A DNA stretch of 63,942 nt, filler included, from Octopus bimaculoides (lineage: Eukaryota): NCBI RefSeq assembly GCF_001194135.2. It is 8 parts of 8 records of this genome, joined end to end, with 100 filler letters (N's around TTAATTAATTAA, not from the genome) between each part and the next. Parts side by side here need not be neighbours in the genome. Positions count along the whole stretch, not along the records: positions 38,920 to 41,603 come from NW_026421306.1; positions 41,704 to 53,698 come from NC_068998.1; 6 more parts are not named here. One strand, given 5' to 3'. The position numbers and the translations under genes were made by a program. Shown here one piece after another: positions 39,161 to 52,686 of the stretch. Every line of letters starts with the position of its first letter. The first letter of the stretch is position 1. The notes beneath the pieces were generated by a model. The model was not told the origin of the DNA and ran no database searches. It saw nothing but the letters and a program-made list of their open reading frames with translations.

Positions 39161-40092
39161 ATGTGTGTGTGCGTGTGTGTGTGTGCGTGTGTATGTGTGT
39201 ATGTGCATAAATAAAGTTTGTAAGTTTCGTGGAGGTTCTGTTTGATTACAACGACTCCTTATCCATAATATTAGCTGTTACTTACTTCATCGACCCTGAA
39301 AGGGCGAAAGGCAAAGTATACCTTGTCGGAATTTGAATTGAGAACATAAAGATTCGTAAAATACTGCTAAACATTTTTTCTGGCGCGCTAACGATTCTGC
39401 CAACATACATACATATGTATATATAAAACAATTCTTTATATTTTAGGCATAAGGCCTGAAAATTGGTGGAGGTAAGTAGTCGAATACATCGACTCCAGTG
39501 GTACATATTTTATCGACTCTCAAAACTCGAAAAGCAAAGTCGACCACGATGGAAGTGGAACTCAGAACTTATAGGCCAACAAAATTTTGTGGAGAGAGAA
39601 TTAGCTGAGGTTGTTAACTCACTACTTGATTAATTACATTATTTTATCGTCTCGAAAGGAGGAAAGACGAAGTTGGATTCAACGGGGTTTGAACATAGAG
39701 CGTTAAGAGCCGGAAGATATACTGAAAGTTATTTTCTTTCACAATCTCAGTAATAATAACATTAATAAATAACATAAATAATGAAGATAATAATTCTAAT
39801 AACAACAATAATATTAATAATAGTAAGAGGATTAACAATAATAACAAAAAAAAAAATAATGACAAATATATAACATGTATGATGTAGTAGATAAATATGA
39901 GTAGTTTTCCATAGTGACTTTCAATTTCATGCTAAAGAGAAAATTGACGAGATGAATAGGATGTCAACCGAAAGCCATCAGAGGAAATATATCACAGGAA
40001 ATATATCACTCCAATCAATCATGTATTCACGACAAAATTTAACGTCACATTTTCAAATACATTTCACTAAGCAACATACTATTATCAACACT

Positions 40093-40164
<72 letters not shown>

Positions 40165-40173
40165 CCTATCTAC

Positions 40174-40216
<43 letters not shown>

Positions 40217-40226
40217 GGTGTCTACC

Positions 40227-40265
<39 letters not shown>

Positions 40266-40893
40266 TTATCTATCTATATATCTGTCTGTCTATCTATCTA
40301 TCACATAATATATCACGTGATACACACACACAAACACACACACATATATATGCACACAAACATATGAGGGAAACATTTCATTTAGACATTGTCTAATAGA
40401 ATAGTATTTCTTGTGATGACTACATACAATAGCATAAGTTCCGCGTGACCTAGCAAAATTCTTCTTAGTGGTTACCAACAAATTGCTAAGAAGGCATATG
40501 ACCATATTGAAACTAACCTGATCAAAAATGTAAAACTAAAAGATATTTTAAAATAAAGCGTCCAACTTAAATGAGCTTCTCTCTGCACATGAACACTTCT
40601 ATATGTATAAAAATATTTTCATGTTGTATAGACGTGTAAAGAGTTCCTTATTAGAAATTCTTCAGACAGAAAAAAAGGAATTATTATTATTATTATTATT
40701 ATTAGTATTAATATTATTACTATCATCATCATCATCTTTATCATCATATTCATCATTATTTTGCCCTGTCTGAAGAATTTCCGATTGAAATTACTTACAT
40801 GCCTATCTTGCATGTAAAACGTTGTAATTCCATTTACTAAATGAAATACATGTAATGGTGAATACCAAAAAAATTTCCAGCTTCCTGTTTTGT

Positions 40894-40925
<32 letters not shown>

Positions 40926-41561
40926 AAATAATATGTAACGGTGCAAATAACATGAAATACAAACGAGTTAGAGACGTAAACAACGAGAAAAAATGGAAAA
41001 CAGGACAAGTAAACACAGAAAAAAGATCCTTTATCAGTTGTTGGCTGTCTTTTTACTCCCCATTTTGAGCATGTGTGTTTATGTCAATATATAAATATAC
41101 ACACACATACAGACATATATAGACATACGCGTGCGCACTGGCACGCCCAGACGCAAATACACACACATATGTATGTATATATTTACATATATATGTATAT
41201 ATGTGCTTGAGCTTGTATGTTTATGTGTGTCTGTAAGTATTATAATGTTTCCCTTTGGCATGGCGATAGAAATAACCTGGTGTTCGAACTCAACTGGCAG
41301 AAACTTCAGAATAAAGCGTTAGTGGCGTACAGAACGAAAAATTAAATGAAATAAATCGCAAAAGTGTTGGAGATTATGCAATGAACGTCATTAGCTTACA
41401 GCTGTTTCCGCTGTGGGTTGCAGTGCACAGATGTGTGTGCGTGCAAATCATCTAATTATTGTGATGTGAAGCTATAATGTGAATCTACAAGTGCACTGTA
41501 ACCTAGGGTTGAAACGGCTTTAAATTCCACTGCTGTTGTGTGTCTGTCTGTCCGTCAATCC

Positions 41562-41603
<42 letters not shown>

Positions 41604-43169
41604 NNNNNNNNNNNNNNNNNNNNNNNNNNNNNNNNNNNNNNNNNNNNTTAATTAATTAANNNNNNNNNNNNNNNNNNNNNNNNNNNNNNNNNNNNNNNNN
41701 NNNAGATTCAGCATGGAAAATTACATTAATACACCAAATTTGAAAATTTTCACTTAATTTTTAAAATTTCAAAAAGTGCAGCCAAACAGAAAAAATCCAA
41801 AAAAAAATAAATTACAGAAAATAATAGACAACAAGAGACTTTGCTTTTCCATATGTAAATACATTTAAGCTTCTGAATTTTAAAGTGAAAGTACTTTCTC
41901 AGGAAATGTTTCCCAGGTCAAAAACAAAGAGTGACTGAAAATGAAACTCATATGACATTGAATAATTGTTCAATTTCTTCATTAAGAAAGACACGAAGCC
42001 CCATATACCTCGTGGGTCCTCTCGTAACATCAATCCTTTCCAGCTGGGACGTATCCCAAGGAGCCCTACCTGCCTAACCTTTGGGCAGAACCTAACGGAA
42101 AGTTCCCTCAACTCTTGCAACCACCACACCTATTCTGAACGACAAAAGAGGTTCATGGTGGTCATCCTTCTGTTCATATGACCTCTCTTCTCTTATTCCT
42201 GCAAGGCCCCTTGGCCATTTGTGTGATGTTACTAACCCTTTACTTCCAACCCACCTCTGCCCCACAATAACTGAAACCTAAACTCTAATACTGGTCCTAA
42301 ACCTAATCCTAAACCTAACCCTATTTTTGTGTAGAATCATGATTAGTTTAAAGCAGGGGTTCTCAACCATTTTCTACTTGTGGATCTTCCCATAGCCATT
42401 TGATGTTTAATAACTCCTATTGTATTTTTATAATTAAATATTATTAGGACTTGTATAATTGGCACTCAGCATTGCTCAGGGTGTGAATGCTTCATCATTC
42501 TAAGAACACTTATTTTCTAGTCTAGCAACCTGCACTGCTGAAGCTTTTTTGGAAAATGAACAGAATTCCATGCCAAACATACCAAAATTCACAAAAACGT
42601 ACAAAATATTTTTGAAATATGTCACAACCACAAAAATAAAGAAAAATACAGGTTTTTCTTCGGAAATTTGAAATATATAATGACTTGAAATTTATGAAAA
42701 TACATTTTCTGCAGCTTGTGCAGCAGCAGTTGCTGTAGCATTCCTGGCACGTTGAATGGTGCACTGTTTATCATTTCCTGCAGCTCGCGCAGCAGCAGTT
42801 GCTGTAGCATTCCTGGCATGCTGTTCTTCATTCTCTGCAGCTCGCGCAGCTACAATTGCTGTAGTATCCCTTGTACAACAAATAATGCACTGTGACTGAC
42901 TCAGGTTATTGCATACTGAAGCTGTTAAGGAAGCATTTCTGATTTAACAACTGCTACACTGCTCCTTGCTTTCCATGGCTTGTGGTGGCTGTGCAAGCAG
43001 CATTTTGCGAATGTCTTCATGTAGTCTCATGTGAGGATTCATTTACTCTCCTCTTTGATGTCTCTGCTGCAGCAGTTTTGCGACCAATACAGGCTCTTTT
43101 CTTAGGTGGCATTATCTCAGAGTTTAGAAGCTTCAATTACAAAATGCAGATGTGGCTAAAGTAAATTTA

Positions 43170-44490
43170 AATACATGGAGTGCAAAAAATTTAGAGAGAG
43201 AAAACAGAGAAAATCAGTTGAAAGCTGTAGAAGTTTTTAGAGAAAAACCTGTGTAAAACAGTTTCTCGCTTGAAGCAGGAGCTCTGAGCAAAATATTATA
43301 GTACATGACCATCCTTGGCACATAGGTAATGTGTGTGTGTAAAGTTTGGTGAAAATTGGTTGAAAACTGTAGAAATGCATACATACTACACACACAGACA
43401 TCTTTGTTGGGGGAACATACAAATACCATAAAGGCAAAGATATTTATGCGCAACAAAATTGAAATACACTGAAGTCAATTTTTAGGTATATGTGGCAAAA
43501 CTGAGTTTAAACACACTGGGTGAACAAAAATGAAAAATAAATTATTTTTCATGGAGAACATACAAAAACCGTAACAACAGATTTTTACACACAACTAATT
43601 TAAATGCAAAGAAGTCAATTTGTAGGCAGAACTTACAAACCCCATTTGAGCGTATGAAGCTCTAGAAGAAAATATAGCTTGAGTGAAAAAACTTGAGCTG
43701 CTCAAGGATAGCTTTTTCTAATGCATGACCACTCAGTGGCATGGTTGAAATCTCATTGATTTGTAATAAAAGCTTATTGGCTGTATGTGGCCCATAGCGG
43801 TCATATATACACACGCACAACATTTTCTCATAGAGGGAGAAAGGGAAATAGTGTATTTAAATAGATGGAGTGCAAAAATTTAAAATAAGTAAAGTAATCT
43901 AGGGAGAATGTACAAATACCATAAAGACAAAGATATATGCACAACAAAATTGAAATACACTGAAGTCAATTTTTAAGCAGATGTGGCAAAACTGTATTTA
44001 AACACACTGGGTGAACAAAAATTCAAAATAACTAAATTATTTTTCAGAGAGAAAATAGGAAAACCGTAGCAGAGATTTTTACTCACAACTAATTTGAAAT
44101 ACATGGAACTCAATTTGTAGACAGAAGTTAGTGAGTGTGTGAATGAGTTAAAGAGAGAGAAAGTGAAAGAAACAAACAGACTAAAAGAGAAGAACTATTA
44201 CAGAGAGTGAGAGAGAATATGTGTAAGCAAAATGAGAAGAGAGAAATAAACAGAGAGAATTGGTTGAAAACTGCAGAAGTTTTTAGAGAAAGACCTGTGT
44301 AAAACACTGTTTTTTCATGGTTTCTCGCTTTATGCAGGAGCTCTGGGCAAAATGTTATAGTGCATGACCATCCTTGGCATATAAGTAATGTGTGTGTAAA
44401 GTTTGGTGAAAATCAGTTGAAAACTGTAGAAATACATACGTACTACACACACACACATCCTTTGTTTTATATATATATATATATAGATTT
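43170..44490 (+). repeat. Internally duplicated non-autonomous repeat with a Helitron/HINE-like 3' end
   Basis: Blocks repeated at about 43455/43945 and 43245/44290. Ends in aagtttggtgaaaatcagttgaaaactgtag...cacacatcctttgttttatatatatagat. Confidence 0.55.
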
Positions 44491-44639
44491 CTTGCACATA
44501 AACTTCAATAACTATCTAAATTCTATGGAAAATGAATGTTCACAAGTAAAAACAGCCACAGATATAGAAGGACATTTATTAAAAGAAGATAGTACTTTAG
44601 TGCTACTTTATTTAATGCAAGCCATGTAGTTGATACTGC

Positions 44640-45640
44640 TCTACTAGTTTCGCACTATTTGGCTCCAACATTGTCAAGGATAATCGAAGATCACCTCTTT
44701 CTACAATGCTGAGTCAAGCTTTTGACAATAAGTTTAGTAACAGGGTTGAAACCAGATTCAACAAGGTAAAATGAAAGAAAAGCAGTAAAGTACAACTGCA
44801 CTTTCTCTCAGAGTAGTGGATTCTTTGTAGCAATGTCATTACTTTTCTATGCATTATGTTCTCCATCTTTAAATCTTGCCTGAAATATTTCACCACTCTG
44901 CAATTCAATGAGATTCTCCTGCAAACAAATATCTACACCAGCAACATTAACTTCAAAAGGAAGTGTCACCCAACACAGAAAATTTCACTTCAGTAGCTTG
45001 CTAAACCAAGCTTGTATATCAACATGCAAGTTTTTCAATTGTTCAGCAGACAATACAAAGTCATCATCATGTAGATTACTGCTAATTGATTCCAAACAAG
45101 GAAATTGCAATAGTGCACAACATACAATATTCATTTTCTAGATATGTACTTTCCATAGAAAAGCAGTAATAGCTCCTTTGGAAAATATGAGATCAGAGTT
45201 TTCTCCTTGAAGCTGTTTATTAAACAAATTAATTTTATCAGAAATATCTGGTAAATAAGATGTATCACATTTAGCTGCAACCATTTGTTGGCCAAAATTG
45301 TCATTAGCCAGAAATGAAACAGTACTGTCTCAATGTGTAACAAAACAACACAGACAATTACCTTTTGATAACAATCTCATCTCTGTGTGAATTACAAGGT
45401 GTTAAAACTCTTCTTCATTTTGATTACAGAATTCATGGAAGATGTGGTCTTGTAAAGAATTTGATTTAAAATAGTTAACTTTTACTACAATATTAAGGAC
45501 ATGTGCAGACATCCACTTAATTGTCTGCAATAGCATTTTTTTAAATAAGCAGTAAAACCTATGTATGGTTTGAGCCGTAAATTTGCACGTGCACACTGCA
45601 AGAATAAACATAATTCGCACAGAAATTTTACCTAGTGTGT
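44640..45640 (-). pseudogene. Decayed hAT (Buster/Charlie, FAM200/ZBED-like) transposase fragment
   Basis: VLNIVVKVNYFKSNSL...FHEFC...LVIHTEMRLLSKGNCL (cf. LLHTEVRWLSRG); YLPDISDKINLFNKQLQG; many stops. Confidence 0.8.
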
Positions 45641-45944
45641 GTGTGTGTAAAAGGAAGTTATTTTATGGCATTCTTTCATTTGAAGAAGCAAAGTTGTCAA
45701 CTCGAAATATATGGGATCATATGATTGTTCGTTAATTTCCCTAAAATTTCTGTATGCTTTGAAGAAAGCAGAAATTGAGGGAGAGAGGATAAAGTGAAAA
45801 GGCGACATTTGCTTTGAAGCGAGAGGAGAAAGTGTAAGATGTACATGTATATGAAATGGACGTGTGTGAGAGAGTGAGTGAAGGTGTGTGTTGTGATGTA
45901 TGAAATTCTTTGTATGTATGTGCAAGTGGCACTCACTCTGTCTG

Positions 45945-45983
<39 letters not shown>

Positions 45984-46012
45984 CACATTATCTTTCATAT
46001 ACACGTACATAA

Positions 46013-46103
46013 ATGGGCGAAGGTAAAGAATACGCACACCACCCATTTTCAGCGTAACCTTAATCCTAAACACTAGGAGTGCATATTCTTGACCTTCGCC
46101 CAT
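46013..46103. mobile_element. 91-bp MITE-like element with 25-bp terminal inverted repeats
   Basis: ATGGGCGAAGGTAAAGAATACGCAC vs the reverse complement of the right end, ATGGGCGAAGGTCAAGAATATGCAC (2 mismatches). Confidence 0.75.
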
Positions 46104-46919
46104 AAATTCATATGCATATATCGTTTATGTGCATGAGAGAGAGAGTGAGGCTGTATTTCCTCATAACATATAGAAAAATTGATGTCTTTTAATGCAATTT
46201 TTTTGGTTGTGGCTTATTTTTATACAATATTTATGGGTACATTTTCATAAATGTTTGTCTGAGTAGAATTCTATGCATGTGTGAAACATCGGATGAAAGT
46301 GATACATTAGAAGCAAATCAAAATATTGTCCGAAAATGAACTCAAAATTGTGCAACCCAACCTAGTTGTCAAGGTTATTTTAATTGTAAAGAAGAGTTGT
46401 TGAGTCAAAAACAGTTTATTTGGTAGATAGATAATAAGCAGCTTTCTTTATTATAACACACATGTGACTAATTCGGAGAAACATTACTTTCATTATTCAC
46501 ACATTGTCTCTCTTGTAATGCAACACTTTGTAATTTTGGTTCAAATTCAAAGTGTGAAACTATTTTCAATTTCTAATGAAACCTGGTCGTTATAGAGAAG
46601 TGTATTTGAAATAACTATAGCTAGTTATTGAGATAACATAGAAAATATATAAATGACGATAAAGTTCATTTGACATGTGTAATTGATTTGATTTTCTGGA
46701 AGGTGGTGAACTGGCAGAATCATTAGCATACCATGTAAAATACTTAAGTGGTATTTCGCCTGTTCAAATGCTGCCGGGGTCAACTTTGCCTTTCATCGTT
46801 TCGCGGCCAATAAATTAAGTACCAGTGAAATACTGAGGTTGATGTAATCAACTGGTCTCCCCCGAAATTTCAGGCCTTGTGCCTATAGTAGAAAGGATTT
46901 GATTGTTCTGGTCTTAACA

Positions 46920-47195
46920 TCAGCTGGTATGAATAGAAGTCATTTGACAACACCCTTTTGTTTGTAATTGGCTATCCTGTTGCAGGTTCAATCCAAGGAA
47001 TATTGAAATAATACCCATCTTGTCCATTCTACAGAATAAGATTATACTGGAGAGAACCAGAAGAGGGATGAGTCTGTGAAATACGTTTAAGGTTATTATC
47101 TTGAACACAAATGAGAATATCATGATTTTCATGGGGATCACCAACCATAAGGATGGCTACTTCATTAGATGTAGGCTCATTAAAACAGCGTAAAA
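46920..47195 (-). pseudogene. Helitron Rep/helicase N-terminal fragment, decayed
   Basis: A frame not shown in the ORF track reads FNEPTSNEVAILMVGD...DILI...LKRISQTHP...LQYNLIL.NGQDGY...DFYSYQLM, like the Helitron motif PTANEVA...LQRISELHP...LQYPLLFP.GEDG. Confidence 0.75.
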
Positions 47196-49292
47196 TGTTC
47201 TTTACTATAGTTTACTATAGACGTAACAAACGCAGAAATGCACACACACTCATAGAATTGATAATATTGAAAACAACAAAACATACACACACGAAGTTCA
47301 AGCAAAACAAAATGTAGTCAATATAGGTGCAAAACATACTTTCTGTAGCATAGTTATGCTATAAAAAAATGGAAAGTCGCCAATTTAGCAAAAGCTAGTA
47401 TGCGTCACCAATGTAAGAAAGTACAGAAAGTCAACATTTATTTGAAACATGTACTAAATGTTATAAAATTCATGATTGAATGAATGTTACAGTGAAGAAA
47501 GTTAAAGTCCAAGAAAATTCAGAAGGCATAATTCAGTTTTACATACAAAAATAATTTATTTTAAAATTTTGAAACGAATGCTGAACAAAGTGAATAAAAA
47601 GGAAGATGCTGTTTTTGAACTGTGTAACATTATAGGCTGTAGAATAAATACTGAGTAATGCAGTAGAAAGTTTGTGTGACATTGATACTCACATTGATGA
47701 AGAATACAAGGACTGTTAAAAAAACATCTTGAAACTGGTTAGGAGTGGAATAACATTGCTGTAATTATATTGAAAGAGCCACTGTGGCTTTCTACTTTGC
47801 CAAGTTTCCGAATTTGTTATAATAACCAGATTAGTAATTTTTTTCAGATATATCTGCGAGTATTGTGAGTGGTGTTGTAGTGGATCTTGCATGCATGAAG
47901 TGGATTCTATCCACCATAGTCAAATTTAAATCAACACTGCAACAGAACATTTCCAACGGTGGAACAATAGTTTTTCTCTGACAACAGTTTAATATTTTCC
48001 AGATGCCTTTAGCTAGGCCGAAACAATGTCTTCACCACTTGACCCTTCCTGACCTCTTCTACTCCACGAAAATCTAGAATAGAGATAACAGGACCACCAA
48101 CTGAATCCATTGTTCTCAATAATATATCTATCCCTCTGGATTGTTATAAAAGCAAGGAAATCCCAAGAAAAATTTAGTTTAGTCACCAGTCGGTGACGAC
48201 TCAGTGACAACGAAGTCTGGGCTGACCAGCTAGAACCTTCGCCGGAGGGAGAAATGAAGTTTACTGCTAGCAACTGTGAGACCACATCCCACACCCTATA
48301 ACCATCACTAGCTCGCATCCTTTTCTCTGTAACACTACCATATCTCTCTCTATATATATACTACTATGAAAACGTGTACACACATATACAGGCCGAAATT
48401 AACTTTCTTTACCTTGCATGCTTTATGAACCGTGTTATACTATTACACTAACCTACCCGTCGTGGTATGGCATTTATTAAAGTAACGGTAAATAAATATT
48501 TCTTTATAACTTCGATCACTGTTCATCGTTCATCTTACAACCGTTGCTATTGGTAACTATACAAAATTATCATCGCTACAAACACAAATATTATCGTTAC
48601 AATTGGTGACCCCGAACAAGAGAATTGCAGCCTTCACAAAAACCTTATCGTTACAATTGGTAACCTCCGACTCTAACATTTACCCTACAATTGGTGACCC
48701 CGTGAAAAAAAGAAATGCTGCCTTCTGAAGCTGCATTATCAACAGTTACAACTGGCGACCCCGAGCGAAAGAATTACTGCCTTTTGCATTTTTGCTGATT
48801 CGAACTATAGAACTAGGAAATCAACAGTCGCTAAACCAAAGGGAAAAGTAATGACAACCTTCGTCACCGCCAAAATGCATCCTCCATCGACCTGCTACAA
48901 AAAGCACTATACTGCGATGCAATCTACGATGCACATCACAACACTGCCGACGCACAAGGTATTCGCCGACCATGAAAGCCTATAAGCGCAACATTTTGAC
49001 AGCTACATGCCCAGAAACTAAGTGGAAGAAAATACGGAAGCTCGCACATGCAACCTTTTCGGCACACACACTTTTCGTCTCGTCCCGACGTACAAACCCT
49101 GCATTGTGTATGAACTTTTGCACGTACATAAGACTCTCACATAGACTTTCAACAACACTTTTTCTTTGCTTGCACATCGTTTTGCTTTCAGCAGTAGACT
49201 TTTCACAAAGGAAAACTATTTTCAGCTAAGTTTGTTATATTTGCTTATTGTATTGTTCTGTTTGCACTGCACACTTTTATTTGTTGATGAGT

Positions 49293-49437
49293 TACACATT
49301 CCGCGATGCACACATTCCGTGATGCACACATTCCGCGACGCACATATTCCGCGATGCACACATTCCGTGAGGCACACATTCTGTGATGCACACATTCCGC
49401 GAAGCACACATTCTGCGATGCACAAATTCTGCGACGA
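49293..49437. repeat. 16-nt minisatellite (cacacattccgcgatg) x9 inside the LTR element
   Basis: Directly countable units. Confidence 0.9.
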
Positions 49438-50638
49438 CTCATTTCACTAAAATGGCTAAATTCATGTGCATATTTTTTTTTTTAATGTTCTATGTTATTA
49501 TTCATATTTTGTATGTACTTTTCTCGTTCACTTTCAAAATGTATTGTTGCATACACACACGCATGCACCTTTCCTCAGTGCCTGGCCTTGCACATGCATC
49601 TGCACACATGGTTCATAAACACACAAATGCTATCTGTGTCACATTCATGCACCACTCATGCCTTTCTCGCTTGTTTTTCATGCTACCTGTGCCCTTGTAG
49701 ACACAACTCATCTCTGTAAGACTCTATGTCGGTCACGCATACATAGAGAAAGTTGTTTGTCCTTTACAATGCGCCAACATGCCACACTTTTATTCCTGCA
49801 CGATCGAGGCTTATAATACCTCATGCACCGGCTGGCAACCTCAGCCTTACTGCATTAATCACTGGCATATTCAATACTGTACACTCTATTTGTAATCAAT
49901 GCACTAGCATTAGCCTCAGCCTTGCAAGCCCTATTGCACTCATGCACATGCACCTCTGTTATGCATATCTATTACCCTTGTTTTGCAACACGCCTGCGTT
50001 AGCTCAATTCTTTTCCCAACTCAAAGTACGTCGGATGTTCACATGCTCTGCGCTCATGTTTAGACATAATTTCCTCCGTAGACCCCTGTTTGGTCACGTA
50101 ATTAACAGAAAATGATCTATCTAGCGCATCACTTCAGCATGCTTACACTGTTGTCCTTGCTAACTCAGCAATTAACCACGACAACAGCACCAGGCGCATT
50201 TCACTTCGGGCATTTCACCTTCAAGGCATTTCACACACTGTAACCCTGCAGGAAGATCTTTCATATCTCGGATTGAGAATGCACTCACTCGCTCCCCTGA
50301 GCTCAATTTCGAAACGTGCCCCTGCACTCCTGTATACGCCCTCACGCGCCCATTTGCTGTACTGCCCAGTCACTGACTGCACACATTTTAGCACGCAAAG
50401 CAACACTGTCCCGTATGCACTTCAATGATCCTCTTTCCTGATATGCGAAATTTCTCCTTAACCATACATTATTTTCTTATCTCCTTTGTTCGTTCGCTTC
50501 CCTACCAGGAACCTCACTGGCGAGTATTGTGATGTAGTGGATCTTGCATGCATGAAGTGGATTCGATCCACCATAGCCAAATTTAAATCAACACTGAAAA
50601 ACAGAACTTTTCCCACGGTGGAACAATAGTTTTTGGCA

Positions 50639-50770
50639 CTGTCATGCTATTAGCTGTCAGAAGTGAAAGTGCTCACTGCTAGTGAAGTATGTATCTGTCT
50701 GCCTGTCTGCCTGCATGCCTGTTGCTGGCCTGTCGATTCTTTGGCTACTGACAGCTAATACCATGACTGG
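50639..50770. mobile_element. Small MITE inserted in the 3' LTR
   Basis: gtcatgctattagctgtcag ... ctgacagctaataccatgac (20-bp inverted repeat, 1 mismatch), located where similarity to the 5' LTR breaks. Confidence 0.6.
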
Positions 50771-50785
50771 CCGGAGCGAGCTATA

Positions 50786-50824
<39 letters not shown>

Positions 50825-52497
50825 ATCTATCTATTACTCGAAAGTTCGCGCGTCCGCACTAGCTAGTCGTGAGTGGTCGATCCTATTATTTTTAAACTTT
50901 AANNNNNNNNNNNNNNNNNNNNNNNNNNNNNNNNNNNNNNNNNNNNNNNNNNNNNNNNNNNNNNNNNNNNNNNNNNNNNNNNNNNNNNNNNNNNNNNNNN
51001 NNNNNNNNNNNNNNNNNNNNNNNNNNNNNNNNNNNNNNNNNNNNNNNNNNNNNNNNNNNNNNNNNNNNNNNNNNNNNNNNNNNNNNNNNNNNNNNNNNNN
51101 NNNNNNNNNNNNNNNNNNNNNNNNNNNNNNNNNNNNNNNNNNNNNNNNNNNNNNNNNNNNNNNNNNNNNNNNNNNNNNNNNNNNNNNNNNNNNNNNNNNN
51201 NNNNNNNNNNNNNNNNNNNNNNNNNNNNNNNNNNNNNNNNNNNNNNNNNNNNNNNNNNNNNNNNNNNNNNNNNNNNNNNNNNNNNNNNNNNNNNNNNNNN
51301 NNNNNNNNNNNNNNNNNNNNNNNNNNNNNNNNNNNNNNNNNNNNNNNNNNNNNNNNNNNNNNNNNNNNNNNNNNNNNNNNNNNNNNNNNNNNNNNNNNNN
51401 NNNNNNNNNNNNNNNNNNNNNNNNNNNNNNNNNNNNNNNNNNNNNNNNNNNNNNNNNNNNNNNNNNNNNNNNNNNNNNNNNNNNNNNNNNNNNNNNNNNN
51501 NNNNNNNNNNNNNNNNNNNNNNNNNNNNNNNNNNNNNNNGAAGTCTGGGCTGACCAGCTAGAACCTTCGCCGGAGGAAGAAATGAAGTTTACTACCAGCA
51601 ACTGTGAGACCACATCCCACACCCTATAACCATCACTAGCTCGCATCCTTTTCTCTGCAACACTACCATATCTCTCTATATATATACTACTATGAAAACG
51701 TGTACACACATATACAGGCCGAAATTAACTTTCTTTACCTTGCATGCTTTACGAACTGTGTTATACTATTACACTAACCTACCCGTCGTGGTATGGCATT
51801 TATTAAAGTAACGGTAAATAAATATTTCTTTATAACTTCGATCACTGTTCATCATTCATCTTACAACCTTTGCTATTGGTAACTATACAAAATGATCGCT
51901 ACAAACAAAAACATTATCGTACAATTGGCAACCCACATCGCTACACAAACAAAAACATTTATCGTTACAGTGTTAAATCAGGAAAATCTTCATGTTGGTA
52001 GTACTTAAAAGTGAATGTTGTTGTTTGTTAGAAGTCCAAGCCACAAGTAAACTTTCAATATCCGTGCGTTTCACAGAGGGGAAGTTACATACAAAAACTA
52101 AAAGATACACACATGTATATTATTGCATATGTGAAGCCAATCTCTGTCCCTGAGTGTGTCTGTCTCTGTCTTTAGATGCATGTGTGTGTGTGTCAGTCCT
52201 CACAAAAATGTATGTGTAGTGACAGACACATACACCGTTACACAAATATACTTGTCAGTCATCGGCCTAACGTAGGTAACAAATGTGGAACACATGCATA
52301 TAGAAAATGTGACGTCATTGTCATTATGGTGGTGATATAAAATGTTGATAGGGGACTAAAAGAAAAATGATAATGTTAAATTTTTGTATTACAAATATGT
52401 GAATGAAAATATAGTTTAGTTGGTAGCCAAAAGCTTACTGAATCTTTTGATACCCCTCACGTGAAAATCAGCAACTCAGTTTTGGAATGCATAAGGA

Positions 52498-52529
<32 letters not shown>

Positions 52530-52686
52530 TCTCTTTTATAGTTATAGATATATATATACACACACATACACATATATTCATGTATATGTATATATACATA
52601 TCGCCACATATATACACATACACACGTGTGTTGGCATAGATAGCTAGACAAATAGATAAATATAAACATATGTACATATGTGTGTG

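Larger units (their letters stand above)
28220..41600. repeat. Microsatellite-dominated region (AT, AC, AG, ATAG, AAT, ATC tracts)
   Basis: Long simple-repeat tracts; the ORFs here are low-complexity translations. Confidence 0.95.
47876..51969 (+). mobile_element. Non-autonomous LTR retrotransposon (probably Gypsy-type): LTRs about 47876-48601 and 50533-51969 (gapped), tRNA-Trp PBS, candidate GTGT target-site duplication
   Basis: Direct repeats 47876-47975/50533-50635 and 48213-48600/51540-51920. TG...CA termini. TGGTGACCCCGA starts 2 nt after the 5' LTR. GTGT at 47872-47875 and 51970-51973. No intact gag/pol. Confidence 0.75.

Noticed and set aside
31322-40308. Many ORFs rich in Y/I, C/V, H/T or S/L
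   Set aside because: They are translations of microsatellites or N runs, with no splice or homology support.
48590-48770. CRISPR-like repeat-spacer look
   Set aside because: Eukaryotic context, unequal and mutually related spacers, no cas genes; better explained as PBS duplications.
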